DNA of 64,000 bases, from contig OY776562.1 of assembly GCA_963675785.1 (NCBI GenBank), positions 2,048,001-2,112,000 on the forward strand. Reading direction: 5' to 3'. The stretch comes from Anaerolineae bacterium (GTDB lineage Bacteria; Chloroflexota; Anaerolineae; UBA1429). Below are positions 1-9,816 of this stretch, in pieces (the stretch's first letter is position 1; every line of letters begins with the position of its first letter). The notes beneath the pieces are model-generated. The model was not told the origin of the DNA and made no database searches. It was given only the letters and a program-made list of their open reading frames with translations. The position numbers and the translations under genes are program-made.

Positions 1-2
1 TG

Positions 3-719
3 ATGGTGTTCGCCACAGCCCTACACCTCGTCATGATCGTTATATCCATGCTAGTCGGACGTCTGCTCGGCTGGGATGCTCGACGACGTGATGCACTCGT
101 GCTGGTTTCATCTTTTCTGAATGCCGGAAACCTGGGGCTCTCTGTTGTTTTGCTTTCCTTTGGTGAAGATGGACTGGCGTTGGCCATGGCTTATTTCGTC
201 ATCAGCAACCTGATGAACAACACGTTTGGGGCCTTTTTTGCTGCCCGCGGTGGGGGACAGGGTGGCGTCAAAGACGCCCTGAAAAAAGTGGTACGCCTGC
301 CAAGCCCCTATGCGTTTATTTTGGGATATGGCCTGAGTTTGCTACATCTTGAGGTTCCCTCACAGATACTGACCCCTCTGGCCACACTGGGGAATGCCGC
401 TTTGCCAACAATGCTGCTCATGTTGGGCATTCAACTCGGGCAGACCAAGCTGAACAATCAGTTGGGCGATGTTTCGATTGGTGTGTTCCTGCGGCTTGTA
501 GCCAGCGCTGGCGTTGCCGCACTTATGGCCCCACTGTTTGGCCTAACCGGCGTGGCCTCTCAGGTAGCCATCATGGAATCTGCCACACCAACAGCGGTTA
601 CCACATCTCTTTTGGCCATCGAATTTGATGCCGATGCAGATTACGTGGTCAGTGTCATCTTTGGTTCTACACTACTGAGTGCCATTACGCTCACCGTTGT
701 GCTGGCGCTATTACAATGA
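3..719 (+). CDS. AEC (auxin efflux carrier) family transporter, 5' part probably outside window
   Basis: Multi-TM ORF with NAGNLGL and terminal PTAV...STLLSAITL motifs typical of AEC permeases. Confidence 0.85.
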   Translation: MVFATALHLVMIVISMLVGRLLGWDARRRDALVLVSSFLNAGNLGLSVVLLSFGEDGLALAMAYFVISNLMNNTFGAFFAARGGGQGGVKDALKKVVRLPSPYAFILGYGLSLLHLEVPSQILTPLATLGNAALPTMLLMLGIQLGQTKLNNQLGDVSIGVFLRLVASAGVAALMAPLFGLTGVASQVAIMESATPTAVTTSLLAIEFDADADYVVSVIFGSTLLSAITLTVVLALLQ

Positions 720-732
720 GTTCCAGATAACG

Positions 733-765
733 AAAAGAGGGCAGTCGATGACTGCCCCCTTTTTT
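733..765. terminator. Bidirectional intrinsic terminator
   Basis: AAAAGAGGGCAGTC-gat-GACTGCCCCC-T run between convergent genes. Confidence 0.8.
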
Positions 766-785
766 TATTTGCCAAAGATCAAGTT

Positions 786-1763
786 CTAGTCTTGTTCAAA
801 CCGTTTCCCCAAGCCCGATGGGCCTGAAGCATCCATGATATGCGCTAAAGCCCGACGCAAACCCGTGGGTAAATAACGCCCCAGCTTGTCAGGATTTGAG
901 GCTGACACGACCAACAAAGCCACGACCATGAGCGCAAAGGGAGCCGCCTGAAACACCTGTGAGGGAATGTTGGGGTATACAGGCTGCAAGATACTGCCCA
1001 GCGATTTGAGTGCGCCAAATAAATAGGCGCCCAAAGCCACGCGAACTGGCCGCCATCCGCCAAAGATGACAATGGCCAGCGCCACCCAGCCAAAGCCCGC
1101 AGTATGTCCTTGGCTCCAGCCCAGTTTAACACTCAAAGAATAAGCTGCACCGGCACAACCCACAAGGGCGCCGCCAATGGCCGTATAGATGTAACGCATA
1201 CGGTTCACTGGTAAGCCGCGCGCAAAAGCGGATTCGGGGCGTTCTCCGATCGCGCGCAAATTCAGCCCCTGGCGCGTATGGTTGATCCAGAACCAGGCCG
1301 CCAAAACCAGAATAAAACTAGCATACACCACGATATTCTGATCGAAAAACATCGGGCCGATAACCGGTAACTCTGCCAGTACAGGGATCGTCAGATGCGG
1401 AACACTTGGCCCCGGAATGCTTACATACGATTTGCCCAAGAAGGTGCTCAAGTCCGTACATAGCAATGTCAGCACAAAACCCACAGCTACCTGATCTTGT
1501 TTGAGAGCGATACTGCTGGAGGCCACAATGAGAGCGATGATAGAGCCAACAGCCATGGCAGCTGCAAATCCCCAGAGTACACTCCCAGAAGCATAAGCCG
1601 CCACAAAACCAGCCATGGCCGAGAGTAGGATTGAGCCATCCAGAGAGAGGTTAGTGATGCCGGCTTTTTCATTCAGCATCTCACCAATACCGGCAAACAC
1701 CAGCGGCGAACCGGCGGCTATGACTGAAGCAAGGGTTTTAACCCACAAGGCGTCATTGACCAC
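786..1763 (-). CDS. Nucleoside/sugar ABC transporter permease
   Basis: EKAGITNLSLDG, LRAIGERP and GWVALAIVIFGGW motifs; last gene of ABC operon. Confidence 0.9.
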   Translation of the reverse strand: MVNDALWVKTLASVIAAGSPLVFAGIGEMLNEKAGITNLSLDGSILLSAMAGFVAAYASGSVLWGFAAAMAVGSIIALIVASSSIALKQDQVAVGFVLTLLCTDLSTFLGKSYVSIPGPSVPHLTIPVLAELPVIGPMFFDQNIVVYASFILVLAAWFWINHTRQGLNLRAIGERPESAFARGLPVNRMRYIYTAIGGALVGCAGAAYSLSVKLGWSQGHTAGFGWVALAIVIFGGWRPVRVALGAYLFGALKSLGSILQPVYPNIPSQVFQAAPFALMVVALLVVSASNPDKLGRYLPTGLRRALAHIMDASGPSGLGKRFEQD

Positions 1764-2820
1764 GGGCGAGCCTCCGTTCAGCCAGGCGCTGGCGAATGCC
1801 GCGCACGATTACGAAAAAGAAGACGACGCTGGCCTGCAACACACCACCGAGGGAAGCATCCAAACCTAAGCGCAGTTCAAGGCGCGGACTACCAACCTGC
1901 ACAGCCGCAAAAAAGGCCACTACCAGAGGGACAATCTCGGCCCTAAGGCCTGAAAGCAATACGACCAGCTGTGATAAATAACCAATGCCTCCCGAAACAC
2001 CAGGGATTAGGCGATAGCGGACTGCCGTAACCTGCACAGCGCCCGCCAAACCCGCCATGATGCCCGCCACCATAAAGGCCATCAGCAGGCTTTTACGATC
2101 TTTGATGCCCAAACGCCGGGCGGCTTCATCGTTCAAACCAATGGCTTTGAGACGCAGGCCCCAACGCGTGTTCCGTAACAAGTAATAAACTGCCACAATC
2201 GCCACAACAGCCAGAATGATTGCCAAAAGACTGGCACGTGTATCACCCAGGGTGGACATGCGCGCCGCTTCAGGGAAGGGTTCCGTACCACTCATGGTAG
2301 CGCCTTCAGCACGCTTCCAGGGGCCCAGAATCAAATAATTTGTAATAGCCTGCCCCACATAGTTGAGGCCGAGTCCAGCAAAAATCTCGTTAACGCCGCC
2401 ATAAGCGCGAATGAGCCCTAGCAAGAGTCCCCAAAACACGCCGCCAACGACACCCCCTAGCAGCACCAGAGTGATGAACAATGCAGGCGAGGTGATGTCT
2501 GGAAAGGTTTGTACAACAAACGTCGCGCCTATCGCTCCAGCAATAATCTGACCCTCAATGCCAATGTTCCATAATCCGGCTGCAAAGGTGATAAGCATGC
2601 CTGCAGAACACAGCATCAGCGGTACCATGGACATGGCAACATCTGTAATATTGTTAACGCCTCCAAAAGCACCCGAGACGATAGAACCAAAGGCCTCAAG
2701 TGGATTGGCATCGGCGCCAAGAAGCAAAACACTGGCAAAAGCCAGTGCAAGAAAAACCGGCAAGAGTACAGGCGAAACTTTGTACCAGAGTTTCAGCCCG
2801 AATCGAGGCTCGGAACTCAT
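1753..2820 (-). CDS. Nucleoside/sugar ABC transporter permease
   Basis: GLWNIGIEGQ, NEIFAGLGLNY and LKAIGLN motifs; start placed at the ATG overlapping the ATPase stop. Confidence 0.9.
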   Translation of the reverse strand: MSSEPRFGLKLWYKVSPVLLPVFLALAFASVLLLGADANPLEAFGSIVSGAFGGVNNITDVAMSMVPLMLCSAGMLITFAAGLWNIGIEGQIIAGAIGATFVVQTFPDITSPALFITLVLLGGVVGGVFWGLLLGLIRAYGGVNEIFAGLGLNYVGQAITNYLILGPWKRAEGATMSGTEPFPEAARMSTLGDTRASLLAIILAVVAIVAVYYLLRNTRWGLRLKAIGLNDEAARRLGIKDRKSLLMAFMVAGIMAGLAGAVQVTAVRYRLIPGVSGGIGYLSQLVVLLSGLRAEIVPLVVAFFAAVQVGSPRLELRLGLDASLGGVLQASVVFFFVIVRGIRQRLAERRLARGQ

Positions 2821-4280
2821 GCGCGGCTCCCTCCAATCATATAGCCGAGTTGCTCGCAAGTTACCTCAGAACTGGAGACTGGTTCAGAGATGATACCACC
2901 TGAGAACACCAAGATACGGTCGGCATAGTCTACCAACTCGTCGAGATCCGTTGAGGTAAAGATAATGGCTGAGCCCTGATTGCGGCGTTCCAAAAGCCGC
3001 GCCCAGATGCGCGCCGAAGAATCGATATCGAGCCCACGCGTAGGATGTTCAAGCAACAATAGGGAGAGTTCATCAGGCAGAAGAGAGAGCAAGGCACGCT
3101 GCTGGTTACCGCCGGAAAGTTCCTCGACACAGGTATCGGGATGCCCAACGATGCCATAATCGCCGATTCGCGTCCGTGTCAGCACCTCGGCGCTCTCCCA
3201 ATCCACCAGAATCCCTTGCTTTTGATAAGCAAGGGCGAAATGTTCGCAGAGTGTCATGCCGGGAATGAGCCCCTCTTCAAGACGTGCGGCGGGCACATAC
3301 GAAACACCGGCCCGTCGAAACGCTGCGTAGGGAGCCGAAGAGAGCTCTTTATTGCCCAGAACGAGATGCCCCGCAGATAGAGAACGAATGCCCGCGCAAG
3401 CTTCCATAAAGAGGCGCTGGCCGCTTCCTTCTAATCCCGCAAGGCCAATGACCTCACCAGCACGCACGACGAGGCTAAAAGGAGCCACATCCAAACGGTA
3501 TGAGCGAATGGCCGCATCTTCAAGCCTGAGCAACGGCGCGCCGAACTGCACTTGAGAACGCTGGTTGCGCGCCAAGCATTGTCCAAACATCATCTCGACA
3601 AGCGCATCGCTAGTGAAGGGCGCGCGAATCCGCCCCGAAACTTGACCCTGGCGCAGTACAGTCACCTCGCTGCACAATTCTTGAACTTCTTTGAGTTTGT
3701 GGGAGACGAAAATGATCGAAAGTCCGTCATCAGCGAGTTTGTGCAGCGTCTTGAATAAAAGCACACGCTGCGGCTCCGAAATGCCCGTGGTTGGCTCATC
3801 CAAAATGATGGTGCGTACACCCATGTTTAACAGGCGCAGGAGCTCTAGTTGCTGGCGTTCTCCCATAGTCAGATTGCGCACCAATTCATCGGGGTCTAGC
3901 TCAAAGCCAAAGCGCTGACAGAGGTCCAGTAGTTTTTGTCGAGATTGGCGGCGATAAAGGCGCAAGAAACCAGGGGATCCGAGGCAAAAATTCTGCAACA
4001 CAGAAAGCCTGGGGACATCCAACGGATCCTGATGGAGCATGCCAATGCCGAGACGGGTAGCAACAGCAGGAGAGCCGACCTTGACCAGGCGGCCATCGAG
4101 GTAGATGGAGCCGGAATCGCAGGAGATATAACCAGTGAGGACCTTCATCAAGGTCGTTTTACCAGCGCCGTTTTCGCCGAGCAGCCCGTGGATTGTGCCG
4201 CTTTCTACAGTGAGGGAGATATTTGAGTTGGCTTGTACGGAGCCGAACGCCTTGCAGATCCCATCGAGTTCTATTTGCAT
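2817..4280 (-). CDS. ABC transporter ATP-binding protein (two NBDs)
   Basis: GENGAGKTT, ILDEPT, LSGGNQQ, LEHPTRGLD. Confidence 0.95.
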   Translation of the reverse strand: MQIELDGICKAFGSVQANSNISLTVESGTIHGLLGENGAGKTTLMKVLTGYISCDSGSIYLDGRLVKVGSPAVATRLGIGMLHQDPLDVPRLSVLQNFCLGSPGFLRLYRRQSRQKLLDLCQRFGFELDPDELVRNLTMGERQQLELLRLLNMGVRTIILDEPTTGISEPQRVLLFKTLHKLADDGLSIIFVSHKLKEVQELCSEVTVLRQGQVSGRIRAPFTSDALVEMMFGQCLARNQRSQVQFGAPLLRLEDAAIRSYRLDVAPFSLVVRAGEVIGLAGLEGSGQRLFMEACAGIRSLSAGHLVLGNKELSSAPYAAFRRAGVSYVPAARLEEGLIPGMTLCEHFALAYQKQGILVDWESAEVLTRTRIGDYGIVGHPDTCVEELSGGNQQRALLSLLPDELSLLLLEHPTRGLDIDSSARIWARLLERRNQGSAIIFTSTDLDELVDYADRILVFSGGIISEPVSSSEVTCEQLGYMIGGSRA

Positions 4281-4342
4281 ATTAACCCTTGGGATAGACG
4301 GGGCAGAGGAGAATCCCCTGCCCCGTAATGTGAGAAATCAAA

Positions 4343-5602
4343 CTAGTTGCTGGCGCCATCCATGCCCTGAAGCAACTGTGGGAGATACCAGATCTGCTCT
4401 TCTGTAGCCACTTCACCCTCGGCAACATAAAGTGTGCCGTCCTGCAGATAGAGGGGGCCTTCAAAGAGTTGGAACTCGCCGCTGGCCAGATCAGCAATGA
4501 AATCGTTCAGGTTAGCGATGTCTTCATCGGAAAGGCCTGCACCAAAGTCATAGCCAACCGGGCTGACTGTCGTGTCGTTGATGTCGTCCCAGTTGGGGGC
4601 GTTCCATTCCCAAACCTGCTCCAGCTCGCCGTTCATAGCGCGCGTGACAAAGTCAACATAGTCAGGGCCCCAGTTAAAGTACGGTGTGCCCAAGCAAACC
4701 TCAGGATAGACATCGCAAGCACCGACATAATCGTAAGGAATGGCCCAAACTTGCTCGCCCTGCTCGTAGCGCTGGCCGGCCACAACAATAGCCTCAGTGG
4801 TGTCGATGCCAGAAAGAAGCACGTCAACGCCGTTGTTGAACAGGTCATTGGCTACGTCTGTCGGGTCAAGGGTAACACCGGGGATATTGAACCAGAAGCC
4901 GATCCAGTTGACGATAAAGGTAAGGTCTTCGGCATCGCCATCGCGATAGCGCTCATAGCACTCTTTGCAGCCGAGGTAGCTGGCAGAAACCAGGCGACGG
5001 GTCTCATCGTTGACGAGGGGACCAAGGTAGCCAATGGTATCTGTCTCGGTCTTGAGGGCTGCTGCACAACCAGCAATAGCCTTCATGTAGATCATCTGCC
5101 CCATAAAGTTGGAGAGGTTTTCGGAGGCTTCGCCGGTGAGAACCTGGTCACCAGTGCATTGTACAAACTCAACATCAGGGTACTTGGTTGCGACAGCAGT
5201 GGTGTCAGCAGAAAAGTCATCCGAAGTGGTAAAGATGAGTTGGGCACCCTGCGAGACCATCTCGTCTACAACCTGCTCAAGGGTTGTATCGGGTCGATCC
5301 GACGTGTTTAGGCTTTCGAGGATAATGGCACGCGTGCCGGGGATTTGCTCTTCGACATAGGCAGCAGCCTCAGCATGAGCCTGGCTATAGCCATGATCGT
5401 TGGCAGGACCAACAAGCACTACGCCGAATACAAATTCTTCACTCTCATCGGGCACACTTGTCGCCGTCGCGGATTCACCCGCCGCTGTAGTTGCCGTCGC
5501 AGGTACGCTAGTCTCCTCGGGGGTGCCGCAGCCAACCAAAATGGTTGATGCCAACAACACGAGCGCGAGGAGCAAACCGACATGCTTCGTAAGCTTTGTC
5601 AT
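4343..5602 (-). CDS. BMP-family ABC substrate-binding lipoprotein
   Basis: Lipobox LVGC, Thr/Ala linker, VGPANDHGYSQAH BMP motif; GGAGG upstream of ATG 5602. Confidence 0.9.
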   Translation of the reverse strand: MTKLTKHVGLLLALVLLASTILVGCGTPEETSVPATATTAAGESATATSVPDESEEFVFGVVLVGPANDHGYSQAHAEAAAYVEEQIPGTRAIILESLNTSDRPDTTLEQVVDEMVSQGAQLIFTTSDDFSADTTAVATKYPDVEFVQCTGDQVLTGEASENLSNFMGQMIYMKAIAGCAAALKTETDTIGYLGPLVNDETRRLVSASYLGCKECYERYRDGDAEDLTFIVNWIGFWFNIPGVTLDPTDVANDLFNNGVDVLLSGIDTTEAIVVAGQRYEQGEQVWAIPYDYVGACDVYPEVCLGTPYFNWGPDYVDFVTRAMNGELEQVWEWNAPNWDDINDTTVSPVGYDFGAGLSDEDIANLNDFIADLASGEFQLFEGPLYLQDGTLYVAEGEVATEEQIWYLPQLLQGMDGASN

Positions 5603-5757
5603 CCCTTTTCCTCCCAAATACAGATGAAAAAAACAATTATGCCCCAACCCTGGTCAAGCGGCTTGTTTTACGCACGCAGGTCGGTCTCTGTTATCAGCCA
5701 GAAACAGAGAAACGGCGACACCACCAAATATTGTGTGGCCGCCGTTGGACATACCGC

Positions 5758-5786
5758 AGTGTAGCACACAAAGATGCGCTTGTCCA
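5758..5786 (-). promoter_or_regulatory. Putative sigma70 promoter of the ABC operon
   Basis: TGGACA-17bp-TACACT with extended TG on the minus strand. Confidence 0.5.
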
Positions 5787-5907
5787 ACGACATATCATCA
5801 TGCTAGATAAACAATATCACCCTGGAATGCAGGATGACTTGCAGTCATTTAAAGGGTGTGTTATGATTAGGATTGGTGCTCCTCTCTTTGGAATCAAGGA
5901 GGTCTGC

Positions 5908-6609
5908 GTGAGCGTTCTGGTGATTGAAGCGGATACCCGCTATGCGCAGCAGCTAAAAGAGAACCTCGCTTCAGCCGATGGTCTTGGCCTTGATGTTCAT
6001 ATCGTGCCCGACATACAGCAGGCTTGCAAGTCACTTGAAGAGGCTTGCCCTCGCTTGATTGTTTTGAGTTTGGAGGACGACGAGACCAAACCGGGTGCAC
6101 AATGTGCCAAACTCCACAAGACGAGAACGCCGCTCTTGGTGCTCGCTCCTCCTGATAAAAAAGAGTGGTGTGTTCAGTGCCTTTCCGCTGGAGCAGATGA
6201 ATGCATCTGCAAACCCATAGGCCGCCGTGAACTTTTGGCTCGCGCCAGGGTTTTACTTCGCAAGGATCCACGAGCCAGAGCATCTCACGAGTATTTTGAC
6301 GGCCACATTCAAGTCGACACACGAATACAGTGGGCGTGCCGCAACGATATTCCCCTACACCTCTCCAATATGGAAAACCGTTTGTTTGGTCTTTTACTCG
6401 AACGGCGTGGTCAATCTATTACCTATGAAAGCCTATGCGTTGCGTTGTGGCCGGAAAAGGACATGGAATCGGCCCGCCAACAGTTGGCCATTCTGGTGCA
6501 CGCCCTGCGAAACAAAGTAGAAGACGATCCTTCTCACCCCGTCTATATCAGAACCCGCCGAATGGTTGGGTACTATTTTTCTCCCCAAAACGCTATTGAC
6601 CGCAAGTAA
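5908..6609 (+). CDS. OmpR-family response regulator with atypical receiver
   Basis: GADECICKP and winged-helix C-terminus (LRNKVEDDPSHPVYIRTRRMVGY); AAGGAGG before GTG 5908. Confidence 0.85.
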   Translation: MSVLVIEADTRYAQQLKENLASADGLGLDVHIVPDIQQACKSLEEACPRLIVLSLEDDETKPGAQCAKLHKTRTPLLVLAPPDKKEWCVQCLSAGADECICKPIGRRELLARARVLLRKDPRARASHEYFDGHIQVDTRIQWACRNDIPLHLSNMENRLFGLLLERRGQSITYESLCVALWPEKDMESARQQLAILVHALRNKVEDDPSHPVYIRTRRMVGYYFSPQNAIDRK

Positions 6610-6657
6610 AAGACTGGTTATAGTTCCGGCATCCTAGTTGATTGCTGGAGGATTCTT

Positions 6658-7734
6658 ATGCCCAAAAAGCTTAGAGCTGCCGTCATTGGCGCTGGTGCCA
6701 TTGCGACACACAGCCACATTCCCGCCTACCAAGCTTTGGATGATGTCGAGATTGTTGCCCTATGCGATATCAATGCCGCACGTGTTGAAGAAGAAGCACA
6801 AATACTCGGCATTCCTGCATGGTACACCGAGTACCAGAAAATGCTGGATACCGAGGCACCCGATCTTGTTAGTGTTTGCAGCCCCAATGCCTTTCATGCA
6901 CCCATGACTATTGCCGCACTCAGGGCTGGTGCCCATGTGATTTGCGAAAAGCCCATGGCCTTAACCTACGCGCAGGCCTGTGAGATGGTGAAAGCCAGTG
7001 AAGAAACTGGCAAAACACTTACTTTTGGTTTTCACATGCGCTCTGAGCCAACCAGCTTGGCGGCACTGCAGGCGATCAAGAGCAACAAATTGGGGCAGAT
7101 TTACTATGCCAAGGCCAGCTACTTGCGCAAGTCGGGAATCCCCGGATACGGCAGTTGGTTTACCAGCAAAGACTTGGCTGGCGGCGGTGCGATGATGGAT
7201 ATCGGCTGTCATATGCTTGATTTGACCCTTTGGCTCATGGGGCATCCCAAGCCAATAAGCGTTACTGCCAGCACTTATGCTGAATTCGGACCGAGGGCTA
7301 AAGGCCTCGGTGGCTGGGGAGCTGATCATTACGGACTGGGTGCACGCTTTGATGTCGATGATCTGACCTCTGCTTTTGTGCGTTTTGAGAACGGTGCAAC
7401 TATGCTGCTCGAAGCAAGTTGGGCCACCATGGGGACTCAGGGCCAGCACTTTCAGCTCTACGGCACCGAAGGCGGTTTGGAGCTCAATCCAAACCTCTTT
7501 GGCCAGGATGAACCCCTGCACTATTTCACAGAGAGTGACCTGGCTGAAAACGGCTCGCCTGTCGAACTCGTAGATACGGATGAGCGCGGTCACAAGAGCA
7601 TCATTAAGAACTGGATCGCAGCCATTCGCAAGGGCGAACAACCTGCCATCAAAGCCACCGAAGCGGCTATGGTCGTCAAGATCGTCGAGGCAGCCTATGA
7701 ATCTGCCAGAACTGGCAAACAAGTCGACCTCTAA
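6658..7734 (+). CDS. Gfo/Idh/MocA oxidoreductase
   Basis: GAGAIA, HVICEKPMA, GGGAMMDIGCH. Confidence 0.93.
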   Translation: MPKKLRAAVIGAGAIATHSHIPAYQALDDVEIVALCDINAARVEEEAQILGIPAWYTEYQKMLDTEAPDLVSVCSPNAFHAPMTIAALRAGAHVICEKPMALTYAQACEMVKASEETGKTLTFGFHMRSEPTSLAALQAIKSNKLGQIYYAKASYLRKSGIPGYGSWFTSKDLAGGGAMMDIGCHMLDLTLWLMGHPKPISVTASTYAEFGPRAKGLGGWGADHYGLGARFDVDDLTSAFVRFENGATMLLEASWATMGTQGQHFQLYGTEGGLELNPNLFGQDEPLHYFTESDLAENGSPVELVDTDERGHKSIIKNWIAAIRKGEQPAIKATEAAMVVKIVEAAYESARTGKQVDL

Positions 7735-7746
7735 AGACTATTGAAC

Positions 7747-7785
7747 AAGCAGGGTAGCTCAATTTGCTGCCCTGCTTTCCTTTTG
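7747..7785 (+). terminator. Intrinsic terminator
   Basis: AAGCAGGGTAGC...GCTGCCCTGCTT followed by T-rich tail. Confidence 0.75.
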
Positions 7786-7878
7786 TTCATAGCAACATCC
7801 CCCCTACAAAAGTTGCAAGCGCTCATCTTTATTCTCATTCAACTATTACGTTATATTGGATAAATACTATCTCTAATG

Positions 7879-7907
7879 TTGACTGAATGCATTGTATCGT
7901 GTAAGAT
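7879..7907 (+). promoter_or_regulatory. Sigma70 promoter of small HTH gene
   Basis: TTGACT-17bp-TAAGAT. Confidence 0.65.
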
Positions 7908-8057
7908 AGTGTTAATCAGTCAGTGTATTCTTACAGAAGGCAACTGTGTTCTTACGTCAAGCGCCTGTGACCCTTGCCAACTTGGAATGCGCTGCTGGGC
8001 ATAGTTTCAGCTATCCGCCCGAGGATTGCGGGCGGGCAAAACTGGGGGGATAAAAAG

Positions 8058-8255
8058 ATGGCTCAAGAGACTCTCTTGAACGTCAAACAGGTTGCAGATT
8101 ACCTGCAGCTGAAAGAGTCGACGATCTATTCGTGGGCTCAGGACGAAAAGATTCCTGCAATCAAGATTGGCCGAACCTGGCGCTTTCGTGAGACAGACCT
8201 AAACGAATGGCTCGAACGCCATTTGCAGGGTGAGGCTGAACCACTCAGCGAGTAG
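8058..8255 (+). CDS. Small excisionase/MerR-like (BldC-like) helix-turn-helix protein
   Basis: LLNVKQVADYLQLKESTIYSWAQDEKIPAIKIGRTWRF matches HTH_17 pattern; GGGGGGA RBS. Confidence 0.9.
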   Translation: MAQETLLNVKQVADYLQLKESTIYSWAQDEKIPAIKIGRTWRFRETDLNEWLERHLQGEAEPLSE

Positions 8256-8367
8256 TTTTTGCTTGCGTGGACGCTCTTGATGCCCCGGAAGACGTTACTG
8301 CGAATTCATCATCGCCTTTATATTCTAGTTGCAGAACAGGCGAACCGGGGATCCGAGTTTGACTGAG

Positions 8368-8401
8368 AAAAGAGGATTGGCATATGCCCAATCCTCTTTT
8401 T
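8368..8401. terminator. Intrinsic terminator
   Basis: AAAAGAGGATTGG...CCAATCCTCTTTTT. Confidence 0.8.
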
Positions 8402-8454
8402 GTATTGCATAGATTCTGACTAGCAGTAGAATGCGCGTTGGAGGTAATGAGCAC

Positions 8455-9816
8455 ATGGAATTCTCCCCACAACTCTACCAGCAGCCCCAACCACAAGCCG
8501 GTCGACGACACGCCCTTGCAGATATTATGCTGACCGCATTGCAAGCCGTGGACCCTACAGACGCCGTACAGCAAAGTGTTCACCTCACGGACACGGAACT
8601 CTTCATAGGGAACTCTGCCATCGCGCGTAATAGCATCGAGCACATCTGGGTAGTTGGTGCTGGCAAGGCCACTGCCGCCATGGCTGCTGGTTTGGAAGAG
8701 CAGTTGAACGATGCCATAACCGGCGGGCATATTGTGGTCAAATACGGCCACGGGTTACCTCTAGAGTATATTCGAGCTACTGAGGCGGGCCATCCTGTTC
8801 CCGATGAGAACGGCCTGCAAGGTTCCGTTGCCATTCTCGCACTGCTGAACTCGGCCACCGAGCATGATCTGGTCATCAGCCTCATCTCTGGTGGCGGCTC
8901 TGCGCTGCTTACCTGCCCACCTAAAGGTGTAGCGCTGGATGATCTGCAGCACCTTACCAAACAGCTCTTGCGCGCTGGCGCCACCATCAACGAGATCAAT
9001 ACGATTCGCAAGCATCTCGATCAACTCAAAGGCGGTGGTTTGGCACGTGCGGCTGCACCGGCGCGCGTCATCTCACTCATTCTCTCAGATGTGGTGGGGA
9101 ACCCGCTCGATGTCATCGCCTCTGGCCCTACTGTGGCCGATCCCACTACCTACGCCGATGCCTGGCGCATTCTGGAACGCTACGATCTGCTTTCATCAGC
9201 CCCCGAAGCCGTGCTGACTCATCTGCAAACAGGACAAGAGGGTCGCGTCGCCGACACACTCAAACCAGGCGCGCCCGAACTGGCACGCGTGACTAATCTC
9301 ATCATCGGTAGCAACGAGATCGCCGCCCATGCCGCCCTACAGGCCGCCTCTGAACAGGGATTGAATGCCTTGCTGTTGAGCACCTACGTAGAAGGCGAAG
9401 CACGCGACTTGGGACAAATGGCCGTGGCTATCGCCCGGCAGATTCTGGCGAGCGGCGAACCACTGGCCCGCCCGGCCTGTGTGGTATTGGGTGGAGAAAC
9501 CACCGTGACCGTACGCGGCACGGGACGTGGTGGACGCAATCAGGAGGCAGCACTGGCCGCAGCTATCGCTCTCGATGGGCTGGAGGATGTAACCATCGCC
9601 TTTTTTGCCACCGACGGCACCGATGGCCCCACAGATTCGGCGGGGGCTATGGTTGATGGGGATACGCTAAATCGCGCCCGCGCCCACGGGTTGGATGCCT
9701 ACGCTTACCTACAAAACAACGATGCCTATGCTTTTTTTGAGGCCCTGGGCGATCATCTGCTGACCGGCCCCACACGCACCAACGTCAACGACCTGGCCTT
9801 TGTGGTGGTGTGGTGA
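8455..9816 (+). CDS. Glycerate 2-kinase (MOFRL/TtuD family)
   Basis: GAGKA, LISGGGSAL, SDVVG, GGETTV, GGRNQE, TGPTRTNVND. Confidence 0.93.
   Translation: MEFSPQLYQQPQPQAGRRHALADIMLTALQAVDPTDAVQQSVHLTDTELFIGNSAIARNSIEHIWVVGAGKATAAMAAGLEEQLNDAITGGHIVVKYGHGLPLEYIRATEAGHPVPDENGLQGSVAILALLNSATEHDLVISLISGGGSALLTCPPKGVALDDLQHLTKQLLRAGATINEINTIRKHLDQLKGGGLARAAAPARVISLILSDVVGNPLDVIASGPTVADPTTYADAWRILERYDLLSSAPEAVLTHLQTGQEGRVADTLKPGAPELARVTNLIIGSNEIAAHAALQAASEQGLNALLLSTYVEGEARDLGQMAVAIARQILASGEPLARPACVVLGGETTVTVRGTGRGGRNQEAALAAAIALDGLEDVTIAFFATDGTDGPTDSAGAMVDGDTLNRARAHGLDAYAYLQNNDAYAFFEALGDHLLTGPTRTNVNDLAFVVVW

Noticed and set aside
4469-5311. Long antisense ORFs (also 6961-7722, 17447-18184, 31105-31956, 55549-56358, 60513-61175)
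   Set aside because: They lie opposite well-supported genes, lack recognisable motifs and are expected shadows of codon bias
8058-8255. Prophage or ICE excisionase marking a mobile element
   Set aside because: No integrase, att-like repeats, tRNA or phage genes nearby; the flanks are metabolic genes
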